From an uncultured Acidimicrobiales bacterium (lineage in GTDB: Bacteria; Actinomycetota; Acidimicrobiia; Acidimicrobiales; SHLQ01), in the NCBI GenBank assembly GCA_964445255.1, contig CAYUKM010000001.1, positions 1 through 49,885 on the forward strand: a stretch of 49,885 nt of DNA, read 5' to 3'. Shown one piece after another: positions 46,986 to 49,885 of this stretch. The notes under the pieces are model-generated. The model was not told the origin of the DNA and made no database searches. It was given only the letters and a program-made list of their open reading frames with translations. Both the position numbers and the translations under genes were made by a program. The first letter of the stretch is position 1. Each line of letters begins with the position of its first letter.

Positions 46986-47801
46986 TTAGCCATTGATTCT
47001 GGAGCCAATCTCGGCGAGGGCTGCCAAATCGAATGGGGCGTTCACGGCCAAGACCCTCCGGTCGAGGCCACTGTCTGGCACCCCGTGAAGAGTGCCGCCG
47101 GTCGGGTGATCGAGATCGGCGGGAATGTGAACCGACGTCTCGAAGCTACCTCCACGGTTCTTACTTTGAACCAACGCGAGGAGTTCGGCCAGCTTTGGCC
47201 CGTTCGTGATGTTGACACCGTCGGCGACTCGAAGCGCGAGCTCTACAGTGCGGCTTCCGCTAGCACCAACAACTATTGGAGGCGGCATTTGCTCGTTTAA
47301 GCCAAGGCCCGGTTCTGCAATCTGAAAGAACTCGCCATGGAACTCTGTTGCGCCTGCCCACGTGTTGCGCACGAGCGCGATTGTCTCTTCTAAACGCCGG
47401 GCCCTGCCAGCAGCGTCGAGCAGCTGAGTCCCAATTGTTTCGTGTTCACCGGCGAAACGCGACCCTGGCGCCGAGCCGCCGCCGAGCCCAAGGACAGCGC
47501 GGCCAGAACTGAGTGACTGGAGCGAAGACATAGCCACAGCGAGTCGTGCCGGGTGGCGGTTCATCATGTTGGCAACCAATGGTCCCAGCCGTACGCGCGT
47601 CGTGACCGCCGCGATGGCGCCCAAGATGACGAAGGCGTCATGCGACGAACCGCGGTCGAGCATCTTCCCAGTGAGGTGGTCATAGGTCCACACTCCGCCA
47701 AACCCGCTGTCCTCGGCGCACCGGGCGGCGTCGACAAGTTCGGGAACGGTTGCCCCGAACGGACTGAGCACAACATCGTGGTGAGCAATTGGCTGCTCCA
47801 T
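46986..47801 (-). CDS. LLM-class (luciferase-like, possibly F420-dependent) oxidoreductase
   Basis: FGGVWTYDHL and GLGGGSAPGSRFAGEH. ATG 47801 is preceded by GAAGGAG. Confidence 0.7.
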   Translation of the reverse strand: MEQPIAHHDVVLSPFGATVPELVDAARCAEDSGFGGVWTYDHLTGKMLDRGSSHDAFVILGAIAAVTTRVRLGPLVANMMNRHPARLAVAMSSLQSLSSGRAVLGLGGGSAPGSRFAGEHETIGTQLLDAAGRARRLEETIALVRNTWAGATEFHGEFFQIAEPGLGLNEQMPPPIVVGASGSRTVELALRVADGVNITNGPKLAELLALVQSKNRGGSFETSVHIPADLDHPTGGTLHGVPDSGLDRRVLAVNAPFDLAALAEIGSRING

Positions 47802-48038
47802 TGGACTACTACTCCTTCTTCCCCTGCATGGTCCTCGGCCTTGCGACGGTATCAAACGAAAGACCCAAGGATATTAAAAGGAAAGTTCTTACCTCGTTGG
47901 GTGGGTTGTCGCGCTGGTACATTGACCGTGCCCGATACCGCCGGGTTGCCCCGGAGATGAATATGATCCGGGATGATTGCTGCAGGGAGAACATGTTCAC
48001 TCGTTCGAGAGAGTCCCACAACCTGTCGGACGGTTTGA

Positions 48039-49304
48039 GTGGCTAACTTCGCTGTCCTCGCGATCATCCTCGCGATCGTCTCGGTGGTACGAGTCAGGAT
48101 CTCTCGTTGGCCAATTACCGGGCCCATGATCTTCGTGGGTCTTGGGATGGCATTGAGCGGCGATGCGCTTGGTGTACTCGAACTCGATATCGAGGGCGAA
48201 GGTGTCGAGCTCGCCGCCGAGTTGACGCTCGGTTTGCTCTTGTTCTCAGACGCCGCACGAATCGACATCGCAACGCTGAGGACGACCTTTGGTCTCCCGG
48301 CCCGGCTTCTCAGCATTGGACTGCCTTTGAGCATCGCCTTCGGCACGCTGCTCGCGAGGTTCATTTTGCCCGAATTGACCTGGAGCGAAGCTGCGCTGCT
48401 CGCCGCGGTGCTCGCTCCAACCGATGCAGCCCTGGGCCAGGCTGTGGTTACCGACCGCCGGGTTCCGGTTCGCATACGCCAGACGTTGAACGTCGAGTCC
48501 GGCCTCAACGACGGACTGGTGGTTCCGGTCGTGGCGATCTTCTCGGCGCTCGCAGTCGGAGCAGCCTTGGACGATCGCGGGTCGATCGCTGGCGAAGCCG
48601 TAACCGAGATCGCTATCGGTGTTGGCTTGGGAGCACTGCTCGGGTTCCTTCTGGGGCGCGTGAATCCATGGGTCTATTCGCGACATTGGACCGACGAAGG
48701 AGGCGCTCAGCTAGTCGCGTTTTCGGCTGCCATCATCGCGTTCTCTGGTGCCACGGCCCTTGGCGGAAACGGTTTCATCGCAGCGTTTGTGGCCGGGCTT
48801 ACAGTGCGGGCGCTCATTGGCAGACGCGCTTCTGACCATGTCGAACTCGCAGAAAACATCGGCCAAATCGGTGCTGAAGCGACGTTCGTGATCTTTGGAA
48901 CGATGGTTCTTCCGGCGATTAACCAGCTAACGGTTCCGATCGCGATCTTAGTGATTGCGATTCTCACCGTCGGCCGCATTCTGCCGGTTGCTCTCTCGAT
49001 GATCGGTGCGGGCCTGAAACGTCCGACGATTTTGTTCATGGGCTGGTTTGGGCCCCGTGGGTTGGCCTCGCTTCTCTTTGGACTCGTGATTCTTGCCAAA
49101 GAAACCGCACTCTCGGAAAAGCTCTTCACGATTGTGACCTTGACCATCTTTTGCTCGGTCGTACTCCATGGCATTTCTGCAGCACCAACCGCGGCCACCT
49201 ACTCGAAGTGGTTTGACAAATTCGGGCGCCCCGAGCTGGCCGAGCTTGAAGAAGGTATGACCGAAAGCCGGATTCGTTGGCACCGCAAGCGACCAAGCCA
49301 GTAG
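48039..49304 (+). CDS. Cation:proton antiporter (CPA1, Na+/H+ exchanger family)
   Basis: 421 aa polytopic protein with LAPTDAALG and LNVESGLNDG motifs. GTG start. Confidence 0.75.
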   Translation: MANFAVLAIILAIVSVVRVRISRWPITGPMIFVGLGMALSGDALGVLELDIEGEGVELAAELTLGLLLFSDAARIDIATLRTTFGLPARLLSIGLPLSIAFGTLLARFILPELTWSEAALLAAVLAPTDAALGQAVVTDRRVPVRIRQTLNVESGLNDGLVVPVVAIFSALAVGAALDDRGSIAGEAVTEIAIGVGLGALLGFLLGRVNPWVYSRHWTDEGGAQLVAFSAAIIAFSGATALGGNGFIAAFVAGLTVRALIGRRASDHVELAENIGQIGAEATFVIFGTMVLPAINQLTVPIAILVIAILTVGRILPVALSMIGAGLKRPTILFMGWFGPRGLASLLFGLVILAKETALSEKLFTIVTLTIFCSVVLHGISAAPTAATYSKWFDKFGRPELAELEEGMTESRIRWHRKRPSQ

Positions 49305-49380
49305 CGCAAGATCGCACTATCTAGGGCCGCGTCGCTACAATCAATTTGCCTACAAGTCGCACAATAAGGACCGCAACCGA

Positions 49381-49885
49381 ATGACCCTGAATGATCTGCA
49401 AAAGCAGACGTGCGAAGACAGCACTGTCGACTATTCCGACCTGAGTGCCATCTTCTTGAACTGCACGTTGAAGCCTTCACCGGAGCTCTCACACACCGAA
49501 GGCCTCATCAAGATCTCGAAGGCAATCATGAACGCCAACGGAGTCGCAACAGAGGTATTGCGCCCGGTCGACTTCCAGGTTGCAACCGGGGTGTATCCCG
49601 ACATGACAGAACACGGCAAAGATGTCGACGATTGGCCACAAATATTCGACAAGGTCATCGCATCAGACATCTTGGTCATTGGCGCATCGATCTGGCTCGG
49701 AGAAAAATCATCTGTCGCTACCCAGATCATCGAACGACTTTACTCACACCACGGTCAGTCCAACGAAAAAGGCCAGGTGCGCTATTACGGACGCACCGCT
49801 GGCAGCTTGATCACTGGAAACGAGGACGGAGCAAAGCACGCCTCGATGAATATTCTTTGGTCGCTCCAGCATCTTGGATTCATGA
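49381..49885 (+). CDS. Flavodoxin-fold NAD(P)H-dependent oxidoreductase, 3'-truncated by the window edge
   Basis: Open frame from ATG 49381 (AAGGA upstream) to the end. IFLNCTLKPSPELSHT, SDILVIGASIWLGE and GNEDGAKH are typical of the family. Absent from the track because there is no stop. Confidence 0.65.
   Translation, partial: MTLNDLQKQTCEDSTVDYSDLSAIFLNCTLKPSPELSHTEGLIKISKAIMNANGVATEVLRPVDFQVATGVYPDMTEHGKDVDDWPQIFDKVIASDILVIGASIWLGEKSSVATQIIERLYSHHGQSNEKGQVRYYGRTAGSLITGNEDGAKHASMNILWSLQHLGFM

Noticed and set aside
47852-48508. 218-aa Ser/Ala/Arg-rich ORF antisense to the antiporter. Similar long antisense ORFs occur at 39462..40322, 30201..31190, 27485..28354, 4091..4702 and 20493..21047.
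   Set aside because: These are typical stop-poor shadow frames opposite strongly supported genes in GC-rich DNA, with low-complexity, Arg-rich translations and no motifs.

Overview
GC-rich, gene-dense chromosomal segment with about 50 CDS. It looks actinobacterial: an HspR-type HAIR operator, SigH/SigR-class GGGAAT-N17-GTT promoters, an Rv2466c-like DsbA, and many PPOX/LLM/FMN-reductase flavoenzymes. Content is central metabolism (fumC, malic enzyme, transketolase), chaperones (hsp20, dnaK plus a CbpA-like J protein), transporters, an ECF sigma/ZAS anti-sigma pair and a large set of redox enzymes. I saw no rRNA, tRNA, CRISPR array, transposase or integrase. Main result: two thiol-oxidoreductase genes carry an in-frame TGA exactly at a redox-active Cys position. 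One is a DsbA/FrnE-like gene (3447..4079, motif U-E-W-C). The other is an AhpD/CMD-like gene (45903..46901, motif E-x11-C-x2-U-x3-H), which the ORF track splits into two ORFs. Each TGA is followed by a hairpin with the same apical sequence C-CGUGC-G and a 2-purine 5' bulge. I read these as candidate selenoproteins with a shared SECIS-like element. This needs selA/selB/selC/selD elsewhere in the genome, which cannot be checked here. Other observations: a roughly 40-nt conserved element, with a GATC-centred palindrome, upstream of two redox transcription units; a Rieske-TPP enzyme fusion divergent from malic enzyme; an unassigned 8-gene operon rich in C-C lyases; an N-terminal ZAS domain fused to an ECF-sigma-like protein; and a triplicated AGTCTA-N8-TAGACT candidate TetR operator. 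All functional calls come from motif recognition by eye, not from database searches.
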